Positions 27,403 through 36,052 of a DNA stretch of 54,491 nucleotides are shown here, piece by piece. Under the pieces are notes generated by a model. That model was not told the DNA's origin and did not search any database. It saw nothing but the letters and a program-made list of their open reading frames with translations. The DNA comes from Candidatus Wildermuthbacteria bacterium RIFCSPHIGHO2_02_FULL_45_25. GTDB lineage: Bacteria > Patescibacteriota > Minisyncoccia > Minisyncoccales > UBA10102. Location: contig MHTV01000042.1 of NCBI GenBank assembly GCA_001823215.1, positions 1 through 54,491 of the forward strand. The letters run 5' to 3'. Position 1 is the stretch's first letter. Every line of letters begins with the position of its first letter. The position numbers and the translations under genes are program-made.

Positions 27403-28572
27403 ATGACTAATTCATCTTCATTCCCCACATTAGCAGATATTCAAAAAGCGATTCTTTCAGCAGACCGTGTTTTCAAGTGCTCCCCCAACGACTTGCTAGA
27501 TACCGCGTTCAGCAAAACAAAAAGCAGCCATGACGCCGTGTTTGTGTTTGATCCCGCAGGCGATTTCATGGGGGTCGTTTCCCCTTCGTATTCTCTATTC
27601 CAAAAACGGTATCCGTTCAACACGAAGGTAAAGTCGTGTCTTATCGGGCCGCCCCACATTACGATGGCTACTCCCTTGGCGCACATTGCCGATTTCATGG
27701 CGCATAGCCGCATCTACACGCTTCCGATTTTTTCAAGCAATGGAAAAGTGTCTGGCATCATTACCGCACGCAAACTTCTCAAAGCGACTCTGCAATATCC
27801 TGAACTATTCGCGCAACTTGCCAAAAACCTTCGTCCGGATGCCGTTCCCTTAGCTCCCATTTCATCTACCGCAAAAAGCGTCTACCAAATCATTCGCGCA
27901 AAAAAATACTCCCGCGTCGTCGTAGTTGATGAAAACGGAAAATTGGCCGGTCTCGTAACCCGCCACGATCTTCAGCTCCCCTTAATCAAACCCACTACTC
28001 ATCAGCGTTTCCGCACTGGCGGCAAAGGGAACACCCGCGATTATACCTTTGGAATCGAAAAAGAATCTCGGCTTGATAGCCCTATCACGCAATTTATCCA
28101 GCACAATGTGTTTGCTCTCGGAGATCAAACGCCAAAGCAGGATATTGCCCGCCAATTGATAGCTTCCGATACCAATAGCGTCGTTCTGCTGAATTCTGAA
28201 AGCAAGCCAACCGGCATTATCTCCATGCGGCATTTATTGCAAGCGTTAGCCAACGCCCAACCCGTCGCGGAATCACCCATTCTTTTTACCAATAGCGCGA
28301 AACTCGCAGAGAGCGAAATGGCGCCCTTGCAGGAAGCCGCCGAGCGATTGGAGCAAAAAATGGCAAAGCGTTCTCCGCTTCAGCGAATGGAAATAACCAT
28401 CAGAGAATCCCGCACCCAGCATCACACGCCAATCGAGTTTGAAATCGCTCTGCATGTCTTGTTTTATTCCGGAAAGACATTGTTTGCTGACGCTAAAGAT
28501 AAAGATCTTTATCAAGCCATGCACGAGGCAATCAAGAAAGTTGAAGCGCAGGCAAGAAAGGAAAAGGATTAA
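27403..28572 (+). CDS. CBS-domain protein fused to a C-terminal RaiA/HPF (S30AE) ribosome-hibernation-like domain
   Basis: Repeated CBS-like units are present (e.g. VVVVDENGKLAGLVTRHDL, VVLLNSESKPTGIISMRHLL). The C-terminal roughly 95 aa follows the HPF/RaiA pattern (ERLEQKMAK...MEITIRE...FEIALHV...GKTLFADAKDKDLYQAMHEAIKKVEAQARKEK). Confidence 0.8.
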   Translation: MTNSSSFPTLADIQKAILSADRVFKCSPNDLLDTAFSKTKSSHDAVFVFDPAGDFMGVVSPSYSLFQKRYPFNTKVKSCLIGPPHITMATPLAHIADFMAHSRIYTLPIFSSNGKVSGIITARKLLKATLQYPELFAQLAKNLRPDAVPLAPISSTAKSVYQIIRAKKYSRVVVVDENGKLAGLVTRHDLQLPLIKPTTHQRFRTGGKGNTRDYTFGIEKESRLDSPITQFIQHNVFALGDQTPKQDIARQLIASDTNSVVLLNSESKPTGIISMRHLLQALANAQPVAESPILFTNSAKLAESEMAPLQEAAERLEQKMAKRSPLQRMEITIRESRTQHHTPIEFEIALHVLFYSGKTLFADAKDKDLYQAMHEAIKKVEAQARKEKD

Positions 28573-28580
28573 CAACACAA

Positions 28581-28612
28581 GCAAAAGCGGCCCCTTCCGG
28601 GGCCGCTTTTGC
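28581..28612. terminator. bidirectional terminator between convergent genes
   Basis: gcaaaagcggcccc-ttcc-ggggccgcttttgc, a perfect 14-bp stem. Confidence 0.75.
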
Positions 28613-28857
28613 TACATCAACCCTGAAAACTGCTGGGCCATTGCCATTTGAGCTTTTTTGACCGCATCGTTAAACGCATTTCGCACAGCTTCCTCTTGTT
28701 CTTTCACGCCAAGCTCCGCGTTCAAGAAAACTTCGGTCGCCATAAGAGTTCCGTTCAGAACAAGTTTTGTTCCTCGACTCTCCCCTTCGTATCTTTGCTT
28801 CTGCATTTCGCCCTGCATTTTTTTGAGTTCCCGCAATTGTTTGAGTTTATCGAACAT
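28612..28857 (-). CDS. ybaB: YbaB/EbfC-family nucleoid-associated protein
   Basis: 81 aa. MFDKLKQLRELKKMQGEMQK... is the typical YbaB N-terminus and the length fits. Confidence 0.85.
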   Translation of the reverse strand: MFDKLKQLRELKKMQGEMQKQRYEGESRGTKLVLNGTLMATEVFLNAELGVKEQEEAVRNAFNDAVKKAQMAMAQQFSGLM

Positions 28858-28877
28858 ATAACTGTTGCACTGTTAAT

Positions 28878-29735
28878 TTATTTATTTTGTTGCATCTTTC
28901 TTTTTGCGTGCGCCAACGCTCCATACAAGCCGTTCAGATCTCCCAATTCCGCAAGCCGGATATCTGGAAGTTCTTGAAAAATCCTATTTGTTTCTTTCAC
29001 ATACTTGCGTATTGTTTCGATATCAAATCCTGGTTTTTTTGCGACCATTGAGCCGCCCAATACCAAAACATCAGAAGCCCACAGCATTATCATGTTATGC
29101 AGGCCGTACGAAAGTATCCGCATTAATTCATCCCATACTTTCGGATCCGTTATTTCGGCGGGGTTTTTCCCAAAACGTTTTGCAACTGCCGCTCCTCCCA
29201 CATACGCTTCCAAATCTCCCGGAGTTTTACAGCCCAAGCATATAATTTCCTTTTCCTGAAAATTAATAACTTGGTGGCCTGGTTCAAATCCAAATCGAGT
29301 TTCAGCAATCTCCCCCCGGACGATAAGACATCCCCCAACCCCTGTGCTCAACGTTACATACCCCATTACATTTTCTCCCCGGCCGGCGCCATATACTGAT
29401 TCCCCCAGACCGGACATAACAGCGTCATTTTCCAAATAGACCGGCGCGGACAGAGCTTCTTCCAATTTTTTGCATAATGGTTTCTCTTTCCAATCAGGAA
29501 TATTGGGCGCACACACTAACATTCTCTTCCCCCTGTCCAGCGGGCCTGCGATACCCCCTGCCAAGCACTTGATTTTCTGACCATCGGCAAGCTCTTTTGC
29601 AATCCGGGTAAATTCTTCAATCCCCTTGTCAAAACTCTGCGGCGTCGGGACTATAACAGATTCCCCCATTACATCCCCGTCAACCGAACTTGCCACTCGC
29701 ATATTTGTCCCCCCGATATCAAATACAATATACAT
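28878..29735 (-). CDS. ROK-family sugar kinase (glucokinase-like)
   Basis: DIGGTNMRVA phosphate-1 motif, ENDAVMSGLGE, and GVGGC motifs. Confidence 0.88.
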   Translation of the reverse strand: MYIVFDIGGTNMRVASSVDGDVMGESVIVPTPQSFDKGIEEFTRIAKELADGQKIKCLAGGIAGPLDRGKRMLVCAPNIPDWKEKPLCKKLEEALSAPVYLENDAVMSGLGESVYGAGRGENVMGYVTLSTGVGGCLIVRGEIAETRFGFEPGHQVINFQEKEIICLGCKTPGDLEAYVGGAAVAKRFGKNPAEITDPKVWDELMRILSYGLHNMIMLWASDVLVLGGSMVAKKPGFDIETIRKYVKETNRIFQELPDIRLAELGDLNGLYGALAHAKRKMQQNK

Positions 29736-29750
29736 ATTGATTATATGAGT

Positions 29751-31148
29751 TTACATCGTTCGCTTTGTTGACCCCACAAAGCGAAAATCTTTTATTTTCA
29801 TCGCTGGCACAACCGTCCCCGAAGGCATGCCTGCACTCATGGGATCAAATACCAGACGCGAAGGCCCCATCATTTCTACGCGTTTGAGAGCTTCAGGAAT
29901 AATCTCCTCAAAGCGCACATTTTCCATACACTGGCTCACCTTTCCTTTTTCTATCAAAAATACTCCGTGTTGCGCAATACCTGTCATGGTCGCAGTCTGA
30001 AAATGCTTCATTCCCAGATAGTGAAGTTTGGTAATCCACAAAGTCGGCTGCTGGCAGGAATCGATCATTTCCTCCAACGAACTTTTCCCGCCTTCCACCA
30101 CAAGGTTGAAAGGAGCAGCGCCTTCGGCTCGTTGAGAGGGTGGCAATGCGTTACCCGTGGATTCTTTGCCCAACCTTCGCGCCAATTCGCTGTCGTACAG
30201 TGCGTTCATAATTCGTCCCTTTTGCGCAAGCATAACCTGACTGCGCGGCATTCCTTCAAAATCAAACGGCACGGCTATTCCCTGTAATCTTGAATCCAAC
30301 GGATTGTCTGAAATGTCTATATTCTTACCCAGAAGTTCTTGTCCGATCTTTTTTGAAATAAAACTCTCTCCGCGTTCCACCATTAGTCCATTAAAGCCAA
30401 AGAAACCCAGCCAATCAAAAATCGGCTCCAAAAAATAGGGTTCAAGAATCACATCCATGCGCAAATCGTTTCCTTCCCGCAGTTTTTCAAAAATATCTCC
30501 CTTTGGCAGTTGGCGCTGAAGCTCACATTTACTTATGAGTTCTTGAGACACTCTTTCCAAATCAAGTGATTCAAAAGATGATCCTCCTGTATTGGCATAC
30601 GCAGAAATCGAAGCATCTTTCAAATCAAAACTGAAAAAACCGCTTCCCACGAGCGTATATACGCACGACTGCGCGCTTCCAATCGAATTCATATAATATA
30701 TTTCCCCGCGCCCAGCAGTTATCTTGCCAGATAAAATCAGCCCTTTCGCTTCCAACGCAGAATTTAATTGTAGAACAACTTCGAGCAGTCTGGAATCTTC
30801 TAGTAGAGCAGTTTCTTCGTCAAAGGAGTTTGCGACGCACTGGGCTTTTTCAAAAACTTGCCTTGGAAGAGTAATCTCATGCTCGGGCAAAAACTTGAGA
30901 TATTCCAAGGATTTTTCAATCATGCGTTCAGCCAGCAAAGGGTTATCAAAAGTTATGCTTTTTCTTCGTTTCCCCTTTACGATTGCCATATCAACCCCCC
31001 AGCTTTCTTCAGCTGGCGGCTGATCTACCTGTCCGCGTCGAAGACGTTTGAGAAGAAACTCATTCTTAAAAACTGCGACTTCGCAAAAGTCAACTTTTTT
31101 CTTCGTTGCGATATCCAATATATGTTGAGCGATTTGTTGAGTGTCCAT
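29751..31148 (-). CDS. pmbA: PmbA/TldE-family metalloprotease subunit
   Basis: TldD/PmbA fold pattern without the HExxxH motif. The start is set at MDTQQIAQ (31148), because the upstream part of the 577-aa track ORF reads through the repeat at 31161-31279. Confidence 0.85.
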   Translation of the reverse strand: MDTQQIAQHILDIATKKKVDFCEVAVFKNEFLLKRLRRGQVDQPPAEESWGVDMAIVKGKRRKSITFDNPLLAERMIEKSLEYLKFLPEHEITLPRQVFEKAQCVANSFDEETALLEDSRLLEVVLQLNSALEAKGLILSGKITAGRGEIYYMNSIGSAQSCVYTLVGSGFFSFDLKDASISAYANTGGSSFESLDLERVSQELISKCELQRQLPKGDIFEKLREGNDLRMDVILEPYFLEPIFDWLGFFGFNGLMVERGESFISKKIGQELLGKNIDISDNPLDSRLQGIAVPFDFEGMPRSQVMLAQKGRIMNALYDSELARRLGKESTGNALPPSQRAEGAAPFNLVVEGGKSSLEEMIDSCQQPTLWITKLHYLGMKHFQTATMTGIAQHGVFLIEKGKVSQCMENVRFEEIIPEALKRVEMMGPSRLVFDPMSAGMPSGTVVPAMKIKDFRFVGSTKRTM

Positions 31149-31160
31149 AGTAAGCCAAAG

Positions 31161-31279
31161 ATAGGGGGAATAAAGAACGCGCATCTGGGAACCTTGCGAG
31201 CGCGACTGGCGTGAGCACGAGGAATTTTTCAGCAGAAAAATATCCGCGTTCCCAGATGCGCGTTCTTTATTCCCCCTAT
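31161..31279 (-). repeat. hairpin-embedded conserved-core element, copy C (32-nt perfect arms + 55-nt short core, inverted orientation)
   Basis: Arms 31161-31192 and 31248-31279 are perfect reverse complements. The reverse complement of the core (gcggatatttttctgctgaaaaattcctcgtgctcacgccagtcgcgctcgcaagg) matches copies A and B but lacks their internal CCCC/GGGG hairpin. Confidence 0.8.
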
Positions 31280-32781
31280 CCCACCGACCCGACCTGAATA
31301 TCCGTGAAATACGCGGGCGAAGATCCATGCCCCGTATGCATTGTCTGCAAAGGATCCGCTTTCCCGCACGATCCCACTCCCTGAAGAAAGAAACTCTTCT
31401 CGTTGCACACCTCCTGACAATTTCTCCAAAAATGCAGATTATCGCCGTAATACTTTGCGTTCTTGCGCACCTCCCATTTCCCATTTACTTTTTCCCACGC
31501 AATCTCCGAACCAAAACTAAAATGCCTTCTCACGTCATCAATGCTCCAGCTCTTATTCGTGCCAAACATCATTGTTCCGTCAGCTACCGAATTTTTCAAC
31601 TCTTCAAAATCTTTTTTGCCTGGTTTTAAGATAATATTCACCATGCGGATAACCGGCCAACTTCCATAACTTTCTCCTCGCATTGCGCCCGAAGAGTGTC
31701 GAAAATACTCATACCCAATTGCTTTGTTTAATTGCGGAACCGTTTCTCTTGAAGTAAGCAACCCTTTCCAAATTCCGTTTTCCACCAACGGAATCTTTTG
31801 CGCGGGAGTGCCTTCATCATCGTACCCGTATGTTCCCACTCCGGTTGGCGTTACGCTATCGGCCATCAACGTTATTTTTTCAGAACCAAAGATAAATTTT
31901 CCGATTTCAGGCAACAAAGGAGTGAGAAAACTCCCACCGGCCAATGTCCATTCTGTTCCCAACACCCGATCCGCTTCTAATCCATGCGCGGTTTCATGTC
32001 CATGCAAATTCAACTGCGACGGCAACACAATAATACCCCTGCGGCCTGCCGGAGCATAAGGAGCATCCAGCAGTTCTGCCGCTTCCTTGGCGATCACCGC
32101 GGCATGATGCGCCAAATCCAATTTTTGCACCAATTCATGCCCGCCCTGCATAAAGTACAAATGCGAATCAGGGTACGATCTCCTTTGCGTATCCCCACTT
32201 GCCTCCTTTATCGCATGCGCCTGTGCCGCGGCTCCCGTCTCCACGATGGTTTGATCGGTTCTCACCCCTTCACTGGAAGCAAAAAGCTTTCGGGTGCGAA
32301 TCGCGGAATACTCGCAGGCGCGCCAGAAAATTTTCTCTGAAACCTGCCGCATTGCCTCATCCGCGGAAGCGAGCAACACGATTTTCTGATCCAGAGAAAC
32401 CGAAAAGGGATCAATTTCCATCGGCGTTTGATACACGGCAATATATCCGGTCTGCCATTGCTCCGCTCGAGCAGCCAGCGTTACCTTCTCTTTTTGCAGA
32501 ATACTATTTGCCTGCGCGCTTTTGATCGCTCGTTCCACCACGTAGGAAATTTTCTCTTTTTCCAAGAGCGGGCTTGCAAAAAATCCCCAACTGCCATTCA
32601 CCAATACCCTTACGCCAAAACCCGCGCTTTGCGAAGAATTCAACGCAGAAATCGCGCCATTTTCAACTTTCAGATGTTCTTCAATACGATCTGCAAGCAA
32701 TCTGCAATCCGCGTATTCCGCTCCTTTTTTCTTGGCATGCCAAAGCGATTCTTCTAAAAATGTTTGCCATTGAGGTTCCAT
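31276..32781 (-). CDS. tldD: TldD-family metalloprotease
   Basis: HETAHGLEAD metal-binding motif and TldD length. The start is set at MEPQWQTF (32781), which avoids overlap with the HIT gene. Confidence 0.9.
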   Translation of the reverse strand: MEPQWQTFLEESLWHAKKKGAEYADCRLLADRIEEHLKVENGAISALNSSQSAGFGVRVLVNGSWGFFASPLLEKEKISYVVERAIKSAQANSILQKEKVTLAARAEQWQTGYIAVYQTPMEIDPFSVSLDQKIVLLASADEAMRQVSEKIFWRACEYSAIRTRKLFASSEGVRTDQTIVETGAAAQAHAIKEASGDTQRRSYPDSHLYFMQGGHELVQKLDLAHHAAVIAKEAAELLDAPYAPAGRRGIIVLPSQLNLHGHETAHGLEADRVLGTEWTLAGGSFLTPLLPEIGKFIFGSEKITLMADSVTPTGVGTYGYDDEGTPAQKIPLVENGIWKGLLTSRETVPQLNKAIGYEYFRHSSGAMRGESYGSWPVIRMVNIILKPGKKDFEELKNSVADGTMMFGTNKSWSIDDVRRHFSFGSEIAWEKVNGKWEVRKNAKYYGDNLHFWRNCQEVCNEKSFFLQGVGSCGKADPLQTMHTGHGSSPAYFTDIQVGSVG

Positions 32782-32830
32782 CGTGTTTACTATGGCACAA
32801 GAATACAACAAATTCAAAAATCGGCGGGTC

Positions 32831-33292
32831 TTATTCTTTTTCAGCCACAAGGTGAAAATGCAAATACCCCACCGATTGATATCCCGGCCCGTTGGTAATA
32901 ATTTTATATTTCTTCAACCCCTCTTCCCTTATTTTTGCGCCCATGACCGCAAAAGCATCCGCCAGATATTCCTTATCCTCATCGGTCAATTGACTGGGAT
33001 CTTTAATATCTTTTTTGGGAACCGCCACATAATGAATATCAGCCAAGGGGAATGGATGGCGCATCAGCACGGTTTTGTCGGTCTCTTGCTCCACAAAGGG
33101 CAACAGATTTGCGGTCCGCTGAATTCCCACTGATCCTGCCAATCCCATGATTTCTTTCGGATCAAGGCATTCAATGCCCTGGCATTGACCCACCTCAAGG
33201 AACGCGCGCGGTTGCGTATCTGAAAAAAGATATCCGCCCACTCCAATTCCAGCTCCAAACATCAACATGACCAAGATAAGGAAACGTTTCAT
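32831..33292 (-). CDS. HIT-family protein with N-terminal signal/anchor
   Basis: Histidine triad HFHLV at the C-terminus. The N-terminal hydrophobic segment is MKRFLILVMLMFGAGIGVGGYLF. Confidence 0.8.
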   Translation of the reverse strand: MKRFLILVMLMFGAGIGVGGYLFSDTQPRAFLEVGQCQGIECLDPKEIMGLAGSVGIQRTANLLPFVEQETDKTVLMRHPFPLADIHYVAVPKKDIKDPSQLTDEDKEYLADAFAVMGAKIREEGLKKYKIITNGPGYQSVGYLHFHLVAEKE

Positions 33293-33317
33293 ATTATCTT
33301 TACCATATCAAAAAAAG

Positions 33318-33379
33318 TTACAACAAAAAAGACAAATCTGGTACAATATATTGACAACGGGATGTTTGCTTGAGAATAT
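33318..33379 (+). promoter_or_regulatory. two candidate tandem promoters for the ATP-grasp genes
   Basis: TTACAA-18-TGgTACAAT (extended -10, 33339-33347) and TTGACA (33351-33356)-17-GAATAT (33374-33379). Confidence 0.45.
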
Positions 33380-33408
33380 AGACGGTATCGCAAAATTTTC
33401 ACTTTTCT

Positions 33409-34560
33409 ATGGCTCAAAATGGAACCATGACCGCAAAGGATATTATTTTAATAGTTGGACTTGTTGATAAGGCAGTTGCTGAAAGCATTCTTGCAACAAA
33501 CAAACAACGTGGATGGAATTACCGTTTTGGCTTAATGTATTCCACGAGGCCGCTTTCAAAGTCAGAACAAGAAGTAGCGGCAATGTTTGATATCCAAATC
33601 CCCTGCAACTTCGATTCGCATAAGTCCATCACGCAGGCATTGCTTCCTTATGAAGGCCAGTTGAAAGCAGCTACCGTACGGGGAGAGAATAATATCCCTT
33701 ACTTTCAAAAAGTTATCCCTCACATTCCCTATCTCCGCACCCCCACAACTGAATCCTTAACATGGGCTACCAGCAAAATTGAGATGAGAACGCGCTTTTC
33801 AGAATACGATAAAACCGTAAGCCCGATTTTTAAAGTAGTCAGCGACGCGCATAAAAAAACTCTTGAAAGCATTAAAACGGAAATCGGCTTTCCCCTTGTT
33901 ATCAAACCAGCAGGATTGGCGGCTTCTCTCTTGGTTACCATCGCCTATCACGAAGAGGAACTTGCCAAATCTTTGCGCCGAGTCCTTCGCAAACTTCGAT
34001 CCCAATACAAAAAATGGGAAGGCCGCGGAGAACCTCAAGTGCTTGTGGAACAATTTATGGAAGGAGAAATGTATTCCATTGATTGCTATGTTAGCTCGAG
34101 CGGGAAAATATATTATTGTCCTTTGGTACATGTAAAAACCGGACGAAGCATTGGATTTGATGATTTCTTTGGATATCAGCGAATTACCCCCACGCTTCTT
34201 ACTCCAGAAAATATTCAATTAGCGCAGGAAACGGCAAAAAAAGCAATCTACGGACTTGGACTCCGAAGCTCCACCGCGCATATTGAACTTATGAAAACCG
34301 AGAACGGCTGGAAAATCATTGAGCTTGGCCCGCGGATTGGCGGATTCCGTGATACCATGTACCTGCTTTCTTTCGATATTTCTCACACCGCAAATGATAT
34401 TGCCATTCATCTTCCCGAGAAACCCGTTATTTCTCATAAACAATTGGGTTATACCGCGGCTCTGCAATTCTTTGCCAAACACGAAGGCAAAATTACCAAT
34501 CTCGTAGGAATAAAAAAAATCAAGAACTTGAATCACTTCATTCCTTGGAAATCAACCTGA
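33409..34560 (+). CDS. ATP-grasp domain protein, paralog 1 (frame lost at an A8 run near the 3' end)
   Basis: ATP-grasp pattern (GFPLVIKPAGLAASL..., VEQFMEGEMYSID, HIELMKTENGWKIIELGPRIGG). Comparison with paralog 2 shows that the reading frame should continue into 34545-34727. Confidence 0.8.
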   Translation: MAQNGTMTAKDIILIVGLVDKAVAESILATNKQRGWNYRFGLMYSTRPLSKSEQEVAAMFDIQIPCNFDSHKSITQALLPYEGQLKAATVRGENNIPYFQKVIPHIPYLRTPTTESLTWATSKIEMRTRFSEYDKTVSPIFKVVSDAHKKTLESIKTEIGFPLVIKPAGLAASLLVTIAYHEEELAKSLRRVLRKLRSQYKKWEGRGEPQVLVEQFMEGEMYSIDCYVSSSGKIYYCPLVHVKTGRSIGFDDFFGYQRITPTLLTPENIQLAQETAKKAIYGLGLRSSTAHIELMKTENGWKIIELGPRIGGFRDTMYLLSFDISHTANDIAIHLPEKPVISHKQLGYTAALQFFAKHEGKITNLVGIKKIKNLNHFIPWKST

Positions 34561-34727
34561 AAATTGGCGACAGGGCAATCTATGCCAAACATGGCGGGAA
34601 AAGCGTCTTTGATATTATCCTTTTTAACAAAGACCGGGCAAAACTTCTGGCGGATATCCGCCGACTCGAACAAATGATAAGTATCGAAACGGCCTCAAAG
34701 AGGATATCTCAAATGCAATCCGGCTAA
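34545..34727 (+). CDS. detached C-terminal segment of ATP-grasp paralog 1
   Basis: KIGDRAIYAKHGGKSVFDIILFNKDRAKLLADIRRLEQMISIETA aligns with the C-terminus of paralog 2 (KIGDKAIFAKHGGKSVFNIFLFNKERSNLLADIRRLEQTVSIETA). Confidence 0.7.
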   Translation: MEINLKIGDRAIYAKHGGKSVFDIILFNKDRAKLLADIRRLEQMISIETASKRISQMQSG

Positions 34728-34731
34728 TCTT

Positions 34732-35226
34732 ATGACTGCAACTACTCAAGCAAAACCAATTATCCTTATTATTGGAATCCCGGATCAAGAAACCGCAAAG
34801 AGAATAACCGAGTTCGGCAAAAAACGCGGCAAGAAATATCGTTATGCCGTGCTTCATAATACAGAACCTGTATCTAATTTGGACCGCGAAATTTTCTCGT
34901 ATTTTGATATCAAGATAATTTGCGATGTCGCTTCAGACCAAGCTATTCAGCGATCACTCGATCCCTATCGAGAAGAGTTGATCGCCGTTACCGTTCCGCG
35001 CGCGGAAAAATATATCCCATGGCTTCAACGCATTATCCCCCACGTTCCCAATCTCAAAACTCCAACTGTCGAATCCCTTGCTTGGGCAACAAGTAAAATC
35101 CAGATGAGAGAACGCATGCAAGATTATGACAAAAAAACTCTGCCCCGCATTTATGATTGTTCAGAATGCGAATGCGAAAACACTCAAGCAAATCGAAGAT
35201 GCTATTGGATTTCCTATGATTATTAA
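34732..35226 (+). CDS. ATP-grasp paralog 2, N-terminal part (frameshift at an A7 run)
   Basis: It aligns with residues about 1-135 of paralog 1 and diverges into nonsense after DYDKK at the A7 run (35131-35137). Confidence 0.7.
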   Translation: MTATTQAKPIILIIGIPDQETAKRITEFGKKRGKKYRYAVLHNTEPVSNLDREIFSYFDIKIICDVASDQAIQRSLDPYREELIAVTVPRAEKYIPWLQRIIPHVPNLKTPTVESLAWATSKIQMRERMQDYDKKTLPRIYDCSECECENTQANRRCYWISYDY

Positions 35227-36019
35227 GCCGACTGGTTTGGCGGCTTCTCTGCTTGTGAATATCGCTTTCCATAAAGATGAGCTTGAAATATCTTTGCATC
35301 GTATATTTCGCAAAATCCACGCCCAATACAAAAAATGGGAAGGCCGAGGAGAACCTCAAGTGCTTGTGGAACAATTTATGGAAGGAGAAATGTATTCCAT
35401 TGATTGCTATGTTAGCTCGAGCGGGAAAATATATTATTGTCCTTTGGTACATGTAAAAACCGGACGAAGCATTGGATTTGATGATTTCTTTGGATATCAG
35501 CAAATTACCCCAACCATGTTGCGTCCGGAGAATATAAAAAAAGCTAGAGAGTGCGCGCATAAAGCAATCCGCGCGCTCGCTCTGTTCAACACAACCGCGC
35601 ATATCGAACTCATGCGAACCGAACACGGCTGGAAGATTATCGAGCTTGGCCCCCGCATGGGCGGTTTTCGCGATTTAATGTACCAGCTTTCGTATGGGTT
35701 CAATCATACGCAAAATGACATTGCGAATCGTACAGGCCAACGGCCCAAGCTCTCTCGCAAAGTTCTGGGCTATACCGCGTCCCTTAAACTTTTCGCGCGC
35801 AAAGAAGGAGTAATTACCAATCTTCTCGGGATCAAAAAAGTGCAGGAGCTCGAATCCTTCCATTCCATGGAGCAAAACTCCAAAATTGGAGACAAGGCAA
35901 TCTTCGCAAAGCACGGCGGGAAAAGCGTCTTTAATATCTTTCTTTTCAACAAGGAACGCTCGAATCTGCTGGCGGATATCCGCCGCCTTGAACAAACTGT
36001 AAGCATCGAAACTGCGTAG
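35126..36019 (+). CDS. ATP-grasp paralog 2, catalytic C-terminal part
   Basis: It aligns with paralog 1 from KTLKQIEDAIGFPMIIKPTGLAASL to the end, and the frame joins 34732-35137 if one A is removed. Confidence 0.75.
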   Translation: MTKKLCPAFMIVQNANAKTLKQIEDAIGFPMIIKPTGLAASLLVNIAFHKDELEISLHRIFRKIHAQYKKWEGRGEPQVLVEQFMEGEMYSIDCYVSSSGKIYYCPLVHVKTGRSIGFDDFFGYQQITPTMLRPENIKKARECAHKAIRALALFNTTAHIELMRTEHGWKIIELGPRMGGFRDLMYQLSYGFNHTQNDIANRTGQRPKLSRKVLGYTASLKLFARKEGVITNLLGIKKVQELESFHSMEQNSKIGDKAIFAKHGGKSVFNIFLFNKERSNLLADIRRLEQTVSIETA

Positions 36020-36052
36020 CGTACAACTTATTTGACGTTTCAATCTTACTTA

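Noticed and set aside
31149-31484. N-terminal 112 aa of the 577-aa track ORF (and the 66-aa ORF 31229-31429).
   Set aside because: This stretch reads through the inverted-repeat element and overlaps the tldD 3' end. The PmbA homology begins at MDTQQ (31148).
33799-35626. Two minus-strand ORFs (139 aa and 190 aa) sharing an identical peptide block.
   Set aside because: Both are antisense to the ATP-grasp paralogs. The shared block is simply the reverse strand of the gene-conversion tract.
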